A DNA stretch of 64,000 bases. It comes from an uncultured Planctomycetota bacterium. GTDB lineage: Bacteria; Planctomycetota; UBA11346. The notes under the pieces were generated by a model, which was not told the origin of the DNA, did no database searches, and saw only the letters and a list, made by a program, of their open reading frames with translations. Positions 11,001 to 22,021 of this stretch are shown piece by piece (position 1 is the first letter of the stretch; each line of letters opens with the position of its first letter). The translations under genes were made by a program, and so were the position numbers. Location of the stretch: the NCBI GenBank assembly GCA_963818245.1, contig CAWFSD010000055.1, forward strand, positions 657 to 64,656, given 5' to 3'.

Positions 11001-12766
11001 GAGACCGCGCCCTCGCTGGCGCGCGTGCCGCCATTGCGGATCATGGCCCGCCTGCGCCCACCGCCGGTGCGATATCCGAAGGACCCGTTGCTGCTGCTAC
11101 CGGCTCCGACGGCCATGAACGCGCCTGCCCCGTCGCCGGCCTCGGCCAGGGTGTCCAGGGCGCCGCCCGGGATCGCCAGGGCGGGGGCGAGCCGGAACGG
11201 CAGGGCCGGGGCCGGGATGAGGCCCAGCCGGCGCAGCCGCGGAGACGCCATCGGACCGCCCCTGCGCCAGCCCTGGACGCCCAGCAGCAGATCGAGACGC
11301 TCCGCCGCGGCCGCTCCGTCCTGCAGGTAGGAATCGCCGTCGGCCAGTTCATCCACCTCCCCATCGAGCCAGGCCAGGGCCGGCAGGCGCGGCGGGCGCT
11401 GCCGGGCCTCGACCAGGTCCTCGTCGCCCGCGTCCACGACGCTCAGCGAGCACACCCCCGCGAGCGGCGCCCCGGCCGCATCGCTGAGGCGCAGTTCGAC
11501 CTCGGCCGGAGCGCCCGTCGGCACGGACGGCGGCGCGGCCACGGTCAGCGTGATGCGCCGTGCCGGCCGGCGGAACAGGGTGCGCTGGGCGCACGGCGCG
11601 CCGTCCGGGGCGGCCAGGATGGCGTCCATCACGCCCGCCACGCCAGCGGCCAGGGGAACCTCCACCGGGGTGGCGACGCCCGCGGTCAGCGCGCAGGGCT
11701 GGTCGGCCACGACGGTGGTCCGCCGGACCAGGCGCAGCCGCCATGCGCCGGTGGAGATGGCCAGGACCAGCAGGCGCACCGGTCCCTCCGCCTCCTGCGC
11801 GGCGGCACCGAGGATGACGGCGCCGCTCGTCTGCACCGCCGGCAAGGCGACCTCCTGCTGCGCCGGTTGCTCGACCATCAAATGGTACTCGGCGCCGGTG
11901 GAGGGCGTGAACGCGATCTTGCACCGGCCCTCGTGACGCGTGGCGAACGCGGTCAGGACGCTGCCGTCGCCAGCGCGCAGCGTACCGCGGCAATCGACGG
12001 GTTGCCCATCCTGCGCGCGCGCCTGCAGGTAGACCACCGCGGGCAGCCCGGCCACCAGCGCGCCGCCATCGATCGTCGCCTGCAGGTCGAGGTGTTCCGA
12101 GGCCAGCGGCAGGCTGCGGCTGGCCACGATGGTGGTGCCGGCGTCGGGCACGCTGGCGGTCACCGTGCCATCGCGCTGCGCGAGATCGGCCGGAATCGGC
12201 ACCCGGATGGAGGCCCGGCCATCGGCATCGCTCAGCACGCGCTCCTCGCGCGCCGCGCCGCCGCCCAGCGCGACGCGCAGGACCGCCGGCCGGTTCGCCA
12301 GCGGCGCCCCATCGCGCCCGTGCAGCGCGACGCGCACCTCGGCGGTGTCGCCCGGCACGTAGCCGCGGCGGTCGAAGGTGAGTTCGGCGGCGACCCGCCC
12401 TTCCAGTCCTTCGACGGCGCGGGCGATCAGGACGCGCCGCGGCTCGGCGGCGACGCGTTCGCCGATCGTGGCCGACACCGTGAAGGCGCCACCATCGTCC
12501 CCGGATTTCCAGGTGGTGGCGGCGACGCCGTCCGCGACGCGGGCCAAGCCGGTCCAGACCACGTGATCGCGTCCATCGCGGACCTGGAAGCAGACCAGGG
12601 ACGCCGTGGCGAGCGGAGCGCGGCTCAGCGCATCGAGGACGACGGCCCGGAGGCAGACCTCTTCGCCGGGCCGGTACCACGGGCGCTCGCTGGTCACGAT
12701 CAGGGTCGGCCGCGCCTCATCGGCCACCGCCAGCGTGGCGAGGAGGAGCGCTACGAGGGTACGCAT
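8011..12766 (-). CDS. Alpha-2-macroglobulin family thioester-type protein with an extra prenyltransferase-like alpha/alpha-toroid region. Three frameshifts lie in the last ~260 nt.
   Basis: Signal peptide MRTLVALLLATLAVA. MG/Ig-like beta domains. QxxDGxW / GGW toroid repeats (FRQHQSPDGHWS, QQQHAVGGWAAS). Thioester-like site HEPHGCFEQTASSSYP. C-terminal A2M receptor-like pieces sit in three frames: MLIVGLPAG | VEPRAEALDRLVRAGQLGCWEWADGEVRLYGERL..SSVYAY | MYRPEQKVWAGG | MRVAVDP-stop at 8011. The listed 2278-aa ORF 5930..12766 continues only because the stop is lost after the first shift (~8262). Confidence 0.75.
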
Positions 12767-12827
12767 GCAAGGTGAACGATGATGGAAGACCCGGGTTCAG
12801 GCGAGGTCACGAAGGCCATGTGTATGC

Positions 12828-13745
12828 TCAATCGCGATCCCACGGAGCGAGAGCGCTGAAGAGGGCGCGCGCCCGTTCGACCGCACCAGGGCCGGAGCCA
12901 TCGAACAGCATGAAGTTCTCGAAGCGGTGTCTTCCCACGGCCAGCTGCATGGTGCCTTGCGATTTGTGTTCAGCGATCTCCCAGGTGACGATGATCTGGT
13001 AGCTGAGCTTGTCCTGGAAGCCGAACGTGTGCTCGCGATCGAAATGGAAGCTCGGCGCGTGCGCAAGCGGAGCGGTCTCCGGGTAGAGGGCCGATGGGGT
13101 ATACGCCGGGAGTTCGGGTGTCGTCCCCGTAGAAGCGCCGAACACCAGGGGCCGCTGATCGATGGGCAGGCGCTGCACGGCACGCAGCGCCAGGATCGTT
13201 GCGGCTTGATGGTGGCCATGGGTCTCCGGCACCGGCAGCAGACCCACCACGGCGTCATAGCGGCGTCTCGTGAGCTGTCGGTCGAGGGCGCGCTCGATGA
13301 CCGGGATGTCCCAGATCCGTTCCAGTGGTTCGCTGGGATCGTGGGTGAAGCGCAAGTCCTGCTGGCGCACCATGATCACCTCGTGGACGCCGAGGATGCG
13401 GGTAGCGCGCCGCAGCTCCTCTTCGCGAATGGCGGGGAGGTGGGCGCGACCGACTGCTTCATCGGTCAAATGCAGGCCGTAATACGGCTCCGCCAACGTC
13501 GAGTACCGATACCCGCCCTCGCCGTTCGTGACGACCAACTCGTCCACGTTGCCATGCAGTTCGGTGGCGATGCGGTACATGGTGGCGGCGAGAGCCGTCT
13601 CATCATCAGGATGCGCCACCACCACCAGGACCGATGGCCCCGATCCCGATCCCGGCGCGCGCGCCTGATTCCCGACGTTCGTCGCACAAGCGGTGAGCGC
13701 CATCACGATGATCGCTGCGCTGAGGAAGCGATGAAAGACACGCAT
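12828..13745 (-). CDS. PIG-L/LmbE family N-acetylglucosaminyl deacetylase, secreted or lipoprotein
   Basis: Start MRVFHRFLSAAIIVMALTACA. Family motif VLVVVAHPDDETALAATM. Also VVTNGEGG and HGHHQA. Confidence 0.85.
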   Translation of the reverse strand: MRVFHRFLSAAIIVMALTACATNVGNQARAPGSGSGPSVLVVVAHPDDETALAATMYRIATELHGNVDELVVTNGEGGYRYSTLAEPYYGLHLTDEAVGRAHLPAIREEELRRATRILGVHEVIMVRQQDLRFTHDPSEPLERIWDIPVIERALDRQLTRRRYDAVVGLLPVPETHGHHQAATILALRAVQRLPIDQRPLVFGASTGTTPELPAYTPSALYPETAPLAHAPSFHFDREHTFGFQDKLSYQIIVTWEIAEHKSQGTMQLAVGRHRFENFMLFDGSGPGAVERARALFSALAPWDRD

Positions 13746-13932
13746 CGTCACGATGATAGGGGGGACGGGGTGTGAGCAAGGTTGTGGACGCGTTTTCACA
13801 TCGACCTGCTCAGGTGTCCACGTGTGATGATGGCGATGCATGTCCTTGAGCACTCGCGGCCGGTCGCACAGACCTAGGTGCGGTCTCCGGCCATCGTGAA
13901 GAATCGTGCGGATGAGGCTCTGCGGTCACCGC

Positions 13933-16900
13933 CTACTTTCGCAGCGGAACGAGACGCGCCAGTTCGGCCTCGGCGCTGCGGATTTCGTTGACGTCCCGGC
14001 GGCCAGTGGCGAGGCACTTCCTGAAGTGATCGATGGCGCCTGCCGGGTCACCGGCGAAGATGCGCGCTGCTCCGATGTAGTAGTGCGCGACACAGGCAGC
14101 CTCGGAGCCAGGAGGAGTCTCCTGGCTCGGCAACGTTGCGAGCAGGTCTGCCTCGGCGAGCTGTCCGACTGCGAAGCGCATGACGGCCAGCATCCAATCC
14201 GGGGCGGCTGGAGGCGTGCGCGTGGCGAGATACTCCCGCAGCTCCGTGACCGCGGCCGGGCCCTCGCCCATGCGGGTTCGGATCAGCCAGATGCGCAGAT
14301 GCGTGCTCTCCGTGTAGTTCGAGCCGGGGTAGACGATGGCGGGCAGCCTGCGGTAGTCCGCCAACGCCTCGGGGAGCCGCCCGAGATCGCAGAGCAGGGC
14401 GCCGCGCGCTGGGTAGCCGATGATATTGCCGGGTTGCAGCACGATGGTGTGGGTGAAATCGCTGAGCGCGTCCTCCATCGCACCGCCATCCTGCTTCAGG
14501 TAGCCACGTCGCAGGAACGCATCGCCATACCAGGGGGCCGAGGCGATCAGCGCGTCCATGACCGCGATCGCGCCGGCACGGTCCCCGGTGGCCGCTTTGA
14601 GCTCGGCGAGGTGGTCGTACGCGAGGGTGCTGCTGCGATCCTTCGCGATCATAGTGGTGAAATCGCTGATCGCAGCGGCCAGGTCACCGGCCTTCTGGCG
14701 GGCCTCACCACGGCAGTACCGGGCCTCGCTGTCATCGGGCTTGAGGCCGAGCACCGTGGTGAAGTCGGCGATGGCGCCCGCATGGTCGCCGGCCGCATCC
14801 CGCGACCTGCCGCGACCGAAGAGCGCATCGCGGTCGGCAGGGGCGATGGCGATGGCCTGGGTGTAGTCCCGCTCTGCCCCTGCGCGGTCGCCGCTGCCCG
14901 CCAGGGCTGCGGCGCGGACGCGGTAGACGGTCGCGTCGGCCGCCCCCAAGGCGATGGCCCGGTCGGCATCACTGCGGGCGCCCGCGAAATCGCTCATGTC
15001 AACCCGCGCCTTGGCGCGGCCGGCCCAGGCGCTCGCGAGGTCTGGTGCCAGCTCGATCGCTCGGGTGAAGTCCGCCAGCGTGCCTGCAAACTCATAGACG
15101 CGGTGGCGCGCGGCGCCGCGGGCGACGAACTCCTCCGCGGTCGCAGGCACGGGCTCTGGCGAGGGGGGATCGATCAGCGCGCCCTCCCGCCACTTCCTGC
15201 CCGTGGCCGGCTGGGGTGTACCGGCGACGAACGCGTCGTCCTGGATCCTCTTGCCGGCGCGGTCCCATGCCGCCCATGGTCCGACGCGCTGGTCGTAGGA
15301 GAAGTTCCCGGATTCGAGGCGGTGCCCCGCGGCGTCGAACCACAGCCACTCCCCGCACTTCTGCGGCACGCGGCCATTGAGGACGTAGGTGCCGTCGCTG
15401 GCGAGCATGCCGCCCGGATGCCAGCACCGCCAGCGACCGGTGCGCTCCCCCCAGTTCGAGAAGAAGCCCTCGATCTTGACGGTCCCGTCAGCGTAGTACG
15501 AGCGGGCCGGACCATCGACCACCCCGGCCCAGTAGGAGCAGGTCGCCTCGAGGGCGCCCGTCGCGTCGTAGAAGCGCCACGGGCCGGTGCGCGCGCCGGC
15601 GCAGGTATGCCCCTGCGCCCGCGGCTGCCCACCGGGCCATGCCAACCGCGCCTCCACCAGCTCGTCGGTCGGCTCGTCCGCCGCCCGGGGTTCGTCGGCG
15701 ACCTGGTGGGCCTGGTAGAGCGCCAAGCGCTTGCTGAACTCCGCGAGCTGGGCCGGCCACAGCGGGGGGAGTTGGGCGACGGCTTCCTGCTCCATGCGCA
15801 CGGCAGCGGTGAAATCACCCCCGCGCGCGAGGCATGCAGCGACGGTGTCCTTGGTGTCGACATCCAGCCATTCGCCACCCCCGGTCACGGAGAGGATCAT
15901 CTGCGCGCACTGCAGCGCCTGCCCGGCATCGGCATAGGGTTGGCGGCTGGCGATCCTCCAGGCGGTGTTGTTGATCCCCTGGCCGCACGCGTCGTAGACC
16001 GACCAGTGGTCGCGGTCGGGAGACCAGAAGCGGCGCTCCAGGCCGGCTGCGACCAGCTCCGGCCGTGCGCGGAACAGCGCCGGGAGGCCGTGCTGCGGGT
16101 CGGCATCGCAACCGCCCGCGAGAGACGCCAGGCTCGGGCAGGAGAGCTGGGTACCTCCATAGATCTCTGGGTAGGGCGCAGGACCGGCATAGGGATTTCG
16201 CGCAGCATCATCCGTGAGGATGGCCAGGTCGGCGGGGGTCCCATGGCGCTGCACCACGAACCTGGCCAGCTCGCGCGCCCGCCAGGCGAGGTAGGGGGAC
16301 CTGGTGGCGAGCGTGGCGGTGACCTGGTTGGCATCGCCGCAGCGACCCGCGCTCGCCAAGGCCACGCACAGCGCCACACCGGCGGCATCGGCGTCGTCGA
16401 CCTGGGCCGCGAAGCGGCGCGTGAGCTCCGCCAGCATGCCCGGGCGCGAGGCCGGATCCCAGTCCTGGACGCCGCGCTCGAGGAGCATGTGGAAGCGCAT
16501 CTCATACCAGGAGGGGAAGTCGATCAGCGCACAGGAGATGTCGTGGAGGTACCGCTCGAGACCTCTCGGCTGCATCGTCAGGTGGGTGGCGACGAAGTGA
16601 CGCTGTGGCCAGCTACCGAGCGGATCATCATAGAGGCGGCGCAGCACGGCGACCATTTGCGGGCTGAGGGTCGGCGTGCCGAACGCCGCCGCCGTCCCGG
16701 CCGGGTAGGGATAGAAGAGCGCACAGAACCAGGCATCGCAGCCGAGCTCCTCCAGCGCGCAGGATGGTTTGCCCGCGGCGCGGTGGCCCGCGATGGCGCG
16801 GTGGAACTGATCGAGCTGCTCCAGGAAGGGCTCGGGGATCGCGGTCGTCGGCTGCGTGACCGGTTCGCCGCGCAGGACGTGGAGGTAGGTGGCGACCCAG

Positions 16901-17478
16901 GCGCCGATCCAGGGAGCGTCCCGGACGCTCTTCGCCCCGGATGGCGAGCCCAGCCAGTCGGCGAAGGCATGGCTGACCCGTCCGGGCAGCCAGCGTAGGG
17001 CTTCGGCATCGGCGGCCGGCATGGGCACGCCGAGGGGCGCGAGGAGGGCGGCGCAATCAGGGACGTCGGCTGGAACGGAGAGCGTTGCACCGGTGCTGCG
17101 GAACGGATCGAGCCCGGCAACGGTGAGGGTCAGGCACTGCTGCCCGCGCTCGATGGTCCAGGTCTCCTGGTCATGGCGTGAGGGCATCGCCGAGCGCAGC
17201 AGGCGGATCTCGCGGGCATCGTGCACGCGGCGTCCATCGATCCCGATGAGGCGATCGCCGATGGCGAGCCCCGCCTTGCCGGCCGGTGAACCGGCATCGA
17301 CGGCGGCGACCACAGCCGCCGGTGCGAGGTGGCGGGTGGCATACGCAGGGGGCGCAGTGAACCAGCGCGGCACCTCCAGGTAGCTGGAGTCATCGAGAGG
17401 TGAGCGGTTTCCCGGTTCCGCGGCGCCGGCCGCGACGAACAGGGTGGCCAGGATGGCGATGCGGCTGGATGGACGCAT
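13933..17478 (-). CDS. Large secreted PDZ - MORN-like repeat - TPR repeat protein
   Basis: Start MRPSSRIAILATLFVAAGAA. PDZ-like GSPAGKAGLAIGDRLIGIDGRRV. MORN-like YYADGTVKIEGFFSNWGERTGRWRCWHPGGMLASDGTY. The C-terminal third is TPR (AIELAPDLASAWAGRAKA, YTQAIAIAPADRDALFGRG, and similar). One uninterrupted frame of 1181 aa. Confidence 0.85.
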   Translation of the reverse strand: MRPSSRIAILATLFVAAGAAEPGNRSPLDDSSYLEVPRWFTAPPAYATRHLAPAAVVAAVDAGSPAGKAGLAIGDRLIGIDGRRVHDAREIRLLRSAMPSRHDQETWTIERGQQCLTLTVAGLDPFRSTGATLSVPADVPDCAALLAPLGVPMPAADAEALRWLPGRVSHAFADWLGSPSGAKSVRDAPWIGAWVATYLHVLRGEPVTQPTTAIPEPFLEQLDQFHRAIAGHRAAGKPSCALEELGCDAWFCALFYPYPAGTAAAFGTPTLSPQMVAVLRRLYDDPLGSWPQRHFVATHLTMQPRGLERYLHDISCALIDFPSWYEMRFHMLLERGVQDWDPASRPGMLAELTRRFAAQVDDADAAGVALCVALASAGRCGDANQVTATLATRSPYLAWRARELARFVVQRHGTPADLAILTDDAARNPYAGPAPYPEIYGGTQLSCPSLASLAGGCDADPQHGLPALFRARPELVAAGLERRFWSPDRDHWSVYDACGQGINNTAWRIASRQPYADAGQALQCAQMILSVTGGGEWLDVDTKDTVAACLARGGDFTAAVRMEQEAVAQLPPLWPAQLAEFSKRLALYQAHQVADEPRAADEPTDELVEARLAWPGGQPRAQGHTCAGARTGPWRFYDATGALEATCSYWAGVVDGPARSYYADGTVKIEGFFSNWGERTGRWRCWHPGGMLASDGTYVLNGRVPQKCGEWLWFDAAGHRLESGNFSYDQRVGPWAAWDRAGKRIQDDAFVAGTPQPATGRKWREGALIDPPSPEPVPATAEEFVARGAARHRVYEFAGTLADFTRAIELAPDLASAWAGRAKARVDMSDFAGARSDADRAIALGAADATVYRVRAAALAGSGDRAGAERDYTQAIAIAPADRDALFGRGRSRDAAGDHAGAIADFTTVLGLKPDDSEARYCRGEARQKAGDLAAAISDFTTMIAKDRSSTLAYDHLAELKAATGDRAGAIAVMDALIASAPWYGDAFLRRGYLKQDGGAMEDALSDFTHTIVLQPGNIIGYPARGALLCDLGRLPEALADYRRLPAIVYPGSNYTESTHLRIWLIRTRMGEGPAAVTELREYLATRTPPAAPDWMLAVMRFAVGQLAEADLLATLPSQETPPGSEAACVAHYYIGAARIFAGDPAGAIDHFRKCLATGRRDVNEIRSAEAELARLVPLRK

Positions 17479-18039
17479 GGGTCTCTGCTCAGAAGGGGAG
17501 TGGTCCGGGAGGAATGGCGAAGTTTCGCCTGCACGTGCAGGCAAATCGGGGCGGTAGATCTGATCGATCTGCCATCCCGAAGAGGATTCGCCTCAAGCCC
17601 TGAACGCTGGAGGTGAACGGTAGCGCGTCCGCCAGGTTCAGCCAGAGCGACCCGGACTCCTGTGCGAGCTCACATCGAGGGCGGTTTCTGGACCGTGACC
17701 GCGTCTCGGTTGGTCACGAGTGGCGGTTGCGATGCTGCTGCGCGACTCCAAGTGTCGGCAGGATCGCAGAGCTGCAGTCCGCGGGCCCCGGTGGAATGCC
17801 TCTCATGGTGCATGGACCGGGGGTGTCTGCGCTCACACTGGTGAGGGGCTGACGGGATGGAAACGTCCACGGGCGGCGGCCGGAGGGCAGGCGCGGGAAG
17901 CGCGCAGATCAGACGTTGCCGTCATCTGCACGAGGCCGCCGTCGATGGAATCACACGATGCAAAGCCTGGTCAGGGAGCGCGGAGAACCAGCGTTCAACA
18001 GGTCCACGAAGCTCGGGGGCACCCTCGTGGAGGGACCGG

Positions 18040-18178
18040 TTGGAACTACCGCTACAACGCGATCGAGGTCTGGCGGCGGATGATGGTCCAACTCACCAAG
18101 GAAGGGGGGAAGGCCATCGCGATGCACGGGATGCGGCACTCCTTCGCGTCCAACTCGCTCATCGCCAAAAAGGAGTAA
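18040..18178 (+). pseudogene. Tyrosine recombinase (phage-type integrase) C-terminal fragment
   Basis: The tail of ORF 17720..18178 reads ..YNAIEVWRRMMVQLTKEGGKAIAMHGMRHSFASNSLIAKKE-stop. HGMRHSFAS matches the HxLRHxxA box II of tyrosine recombinases. The ORF stops before the catalytic Tyr and has no credible N-terminal domain. Local GC is lower than the flanks. Confidence 0.5.
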
Positions 18179-18282
18179 CTGAGGACAGGCATTAGTAGAA
18201 GTAACAGAGGACAGGCATTAGTAGAAGTAACAGAGGACAGGCATTAGAAAGTAAGTAACAGAGGATAGGCATTAGTAGTAGT
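18175..18282. repeat. Four tandem copies of a 26-28 bp AT-rich unit, GTAACAGAGGACAGGCATTAGTAGAA
   Basis: Direct reading gives units at 18175-18200, 18201-18226, 18227-18254 and 18255-18282, with a few substitutions. The array begins at the stop codon of the integrase fragment. Confidence 0.9.
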
Positions 18283-18347
18283 GGGGCATCAGGCTTTCGT
18301 GTGGGTCGGGTAGCTCGCCCCGGGCGGTTTTTCTGGCATGCTCGGGC

Positions 18348-18400
18348 ATGCGCGATCGAGAACTCTACCAGCAGATCCTTGGCCTTTCGTCTCCATATGT
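18348..18400 (+). pseudogene. Stub of an ISL3-family transposase N-terminus
   Basis: ORF 18348..18965 opens with MRDRELYQQILGLSSPY. This resembles the conserved ISL3 transposase start (..ELYQxxLGLxxPW..). The similarity is lost immediately afterwards, and no zinc-finger or DDE part follows. Confidence 0.4.
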
Positions 18401-18720
18401 CATCACCCCGATATCACGTGCATCGCGGCCTGCGCTGGATCGCCGTCAGTGTCTGGGCGCTGTCGAAGCGCTTCCCCATGCTGCACCTGCTGCTCTTCGC
18501 CGCCGCCCTGGCGGCGGGCGTGCTCATCGCCAGTCTTGGGCCGCGCGAGCTTCCGGAGCATGCCACCGCCCTCGTGGTCGGAGGCAGCATCCTGGGGGCC
18601 CTCTGCCTGATGATGCTGGTCAGGGCCATCATCGCCCTGGTGCGGGGGCGCTGGCCCGCCTACTGCGACCGCGAGATCGAACGCGCCCGGGAGTACTACG
18701 ACCCGGCGCGGTTCGGCTGA
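18397..18720 (+). CDS. Small hypothetical membrane protein (2 predicted TM helices); start uncertain (18397 or 18478)
   Basis: MLHLLLFAAALAAGVLIASLG ... LVVGGSILGALCLMMLVRAIIALV are hydrophobic helices, followed by a charged tail REIERAREYYDPARFG. No family recognised. Confidence 0.45.
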   Translation: MSSPRYHVHRGLRWIAVSVWALSKRFPMLHLLLFAAALAAGVLIASLGPRELPEHATALVVGGSILGALCLMMLVRAIIALVRGRWPAYCDREIERAREYYDPARFG

Positions 18721-18850
18721 CGCCCCCCTGCGTGATGGCCCGCGCTCGGCGACTCGTCGCCGCGTCCACCGGAATCCGCAGTCCGTCCATTGCGCCTGGC
18801 GCCCCCCGGCTGGTATCCTGGCCGCGACCACCCCCAGGGACGGCCCCTCC

Positions 18851-20828
<1,978 letters not shown>

Positions 20829-20874
20829 AGGTCCCCGCGCTGGTCTGAGCAGCGGACGGGTCCTGCGCGAGCGG

Positions 20875-20931
20875 CCGGATCCAGAACCGGAAGCCGCCTC
20901 AGGGGCGGGATTTCCGGTTTCGCGGATCCGG
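20875..20931 (+). terminator. Long imperfect hairpin downstream of the GH2 gene (possible terminator; no T-tract)
   Basis: CCGGATCCagAACCGGAAgCCGCCtcaggGGCGGgaTTTCCGGTTtcgcGGATCCGG, 47 nt after the stop at 20828. Confidence 0.3.
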
Positions 20932-21010
20932 CGGGTACTTTCCCTACCCCCTCCGATCGCGACCGCCGCCACCCGCGCAGGCGGGAAGCGGTCCTGCCCC
21001 CCGCGCCGCC

Positions 21011-22021
21011 ATGCCCAGCCCGTCCATCCTCCACTCCGGCCGCGCGCCGCGACCCCCGACGACGGTGGTGCCGGCCAGCGGACGGCAGGTCGCGCCCTGC
21101 GCGCCGAGCGGACCGCAGGCCCAGCACCTCGCGGCGAAGGGGCGCAGCGGCGGGGCGCTGAACGACGCGAGCGTGGCCATCCCGCCGTACGGTCGCCGGA
21201 GGCGGCAGTACTCCGCCGCGGAGTGGGCCGAGATCAGCGCCGCCTTCCTTCCGGGTGGCGCCACCACCCGCATCGACCGCGAGCGCCTGACCGCGCTCGC
21301 GGCGGCCTACGCGTGCCTGCGGGACGAAGGGTCGAACCGCCACGTCGGCCGGCTCGCGCAGGTCCTCGGCGCGCGCGTGCGGCGGCACCTCGCCGGCCTG
21401 GGCAGGCGCAGCGGGCGCACCCAGGACACGCTGCGCACCGTCCTCCAGCGCGAGTACCTGCCCACGCGCACGCGGCTCGAACTCATCGCGCGGGCGGTCG
21501 GTGACCCGGCGTGGCCGGGACTGGCCTTCGCGGAGAAGTGGGCGCGCGTCGGCGACCTCCTCGAAGCCATCCCGATCATCGAAGCCGAGCTGGACGACCT
21601 GCCCGGAGCGCACGACGGGATCCGCAAGGGCCTGATGCGGCGCAAGCGCGAGCGCTTCGGCCTCGACATCGCCGAGGCCCTGCAGGACCACTTCGCCGCG
21701 CACGGCGCCGCCGACGCCGAGTCCCTGACCCGCGCCGTCCACGAGCGCCTCGCGGCTGAAGGCGTGGTGTTCCGCCGCTGCAGCCCCGGCTGGTACGCGT
21801 TCGGCCACCTGCTGACCCGGCGGCACGACGTCACCGTGGCGCCCCCGGCGGTCTTCCTGGCGTGGCTCATGCGCGGCGCGCGGCACCCGACCACCCTCGG
21901 CGCGCCCAGCTGCCGCTCCGGTCCCATCGACCTGCGCCAGGAGGCGGACGCGACGGTGGCGTGGGCGCGGGACGGCGCGCTGGTCAGGAGGCGGGCTCCT
22001 CGCGGCGGTGGCCATCCTTGA
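21011..22021 (+). CDS. Hypothetical protein (no recognised domain)
   Basis: 336-aa ORF with coding-like composition in its central part (EYLPTRTRLELIARAVGDPAWPGLAFAEKWARVGDLLEAIPIIEAELDDLPGAHDGIRKGLMRRKRERFGLDIAEALQDHF). The overlapping minus ORFs are Arg/Gly/Ala-rich artefacts. Its 3' end overlaps the convergent ADH gene by 38 nt. The true start may be internal. Confidence 0.55.
   Translation: MPSPSILHSGRAPRPPTTVVPASGRQVAPCAPSGPQAQHLAAKGRSGGALNDASVAIPPYGRRRRQYSAAEWAEISAAFLPGGATTRIDRERLTALAAAYACLRDEGSNRHVGRLAQVLGARVRRHLAGLGRRSGRTQDTLRTVLQREYLPTRTRLELIARAVGDPAWPGLAFAEKWARVGDLLEAIPIIEAELDDLPGAHDGIRKGLMRRKRERFGLDIAEALQDHFAAHGAADAESLTRAVHERLAAEGVVFRRCSPGWYAFGHLLTRRHDVTVAPPAVFLAWLMRGARHPTTLGAPSCRSGPIDLRQEADATVAWARDGALVRRRAPRGGGHP

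Noticed and set aside
8828-12775. Very long ORFs antisense to or overlapping the real genes. Examples: 8828..12775(+), 13906..16998(+), 31103..33463(-), 35744..37867(-), 35980..37809(+), 38059..42063(-), 42207..43208(-), 51125..53527(-), 55393..57339(-), 57117..58778(-), 58398..60185(+), 58702..60090(-), 60204..61940(-), 62025..63839(-), 27916..29187(-), 19344..20972(-), 20729..22015(-), 21307..22905(-).
   Set aside because: Their composition is Arg/Gly/Ala/Pro-dominated with no motifs. They lie opposite or offset to frames that show clear family motifs and high GC3. This is the expected stop-codon-poor shadow of a ~70% GC genome.
17545-18420. A tRNA or tmRNA gene as the integration target next to the integrase fragment.
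   Set aside because: I scanned for T-arm-like GGTTCGAATCC/GTTCGAGTC motifs and cloverleaf-compatible stems in and around this region and found none. No tRNA or rRNA gene is evident anywhere in the window.
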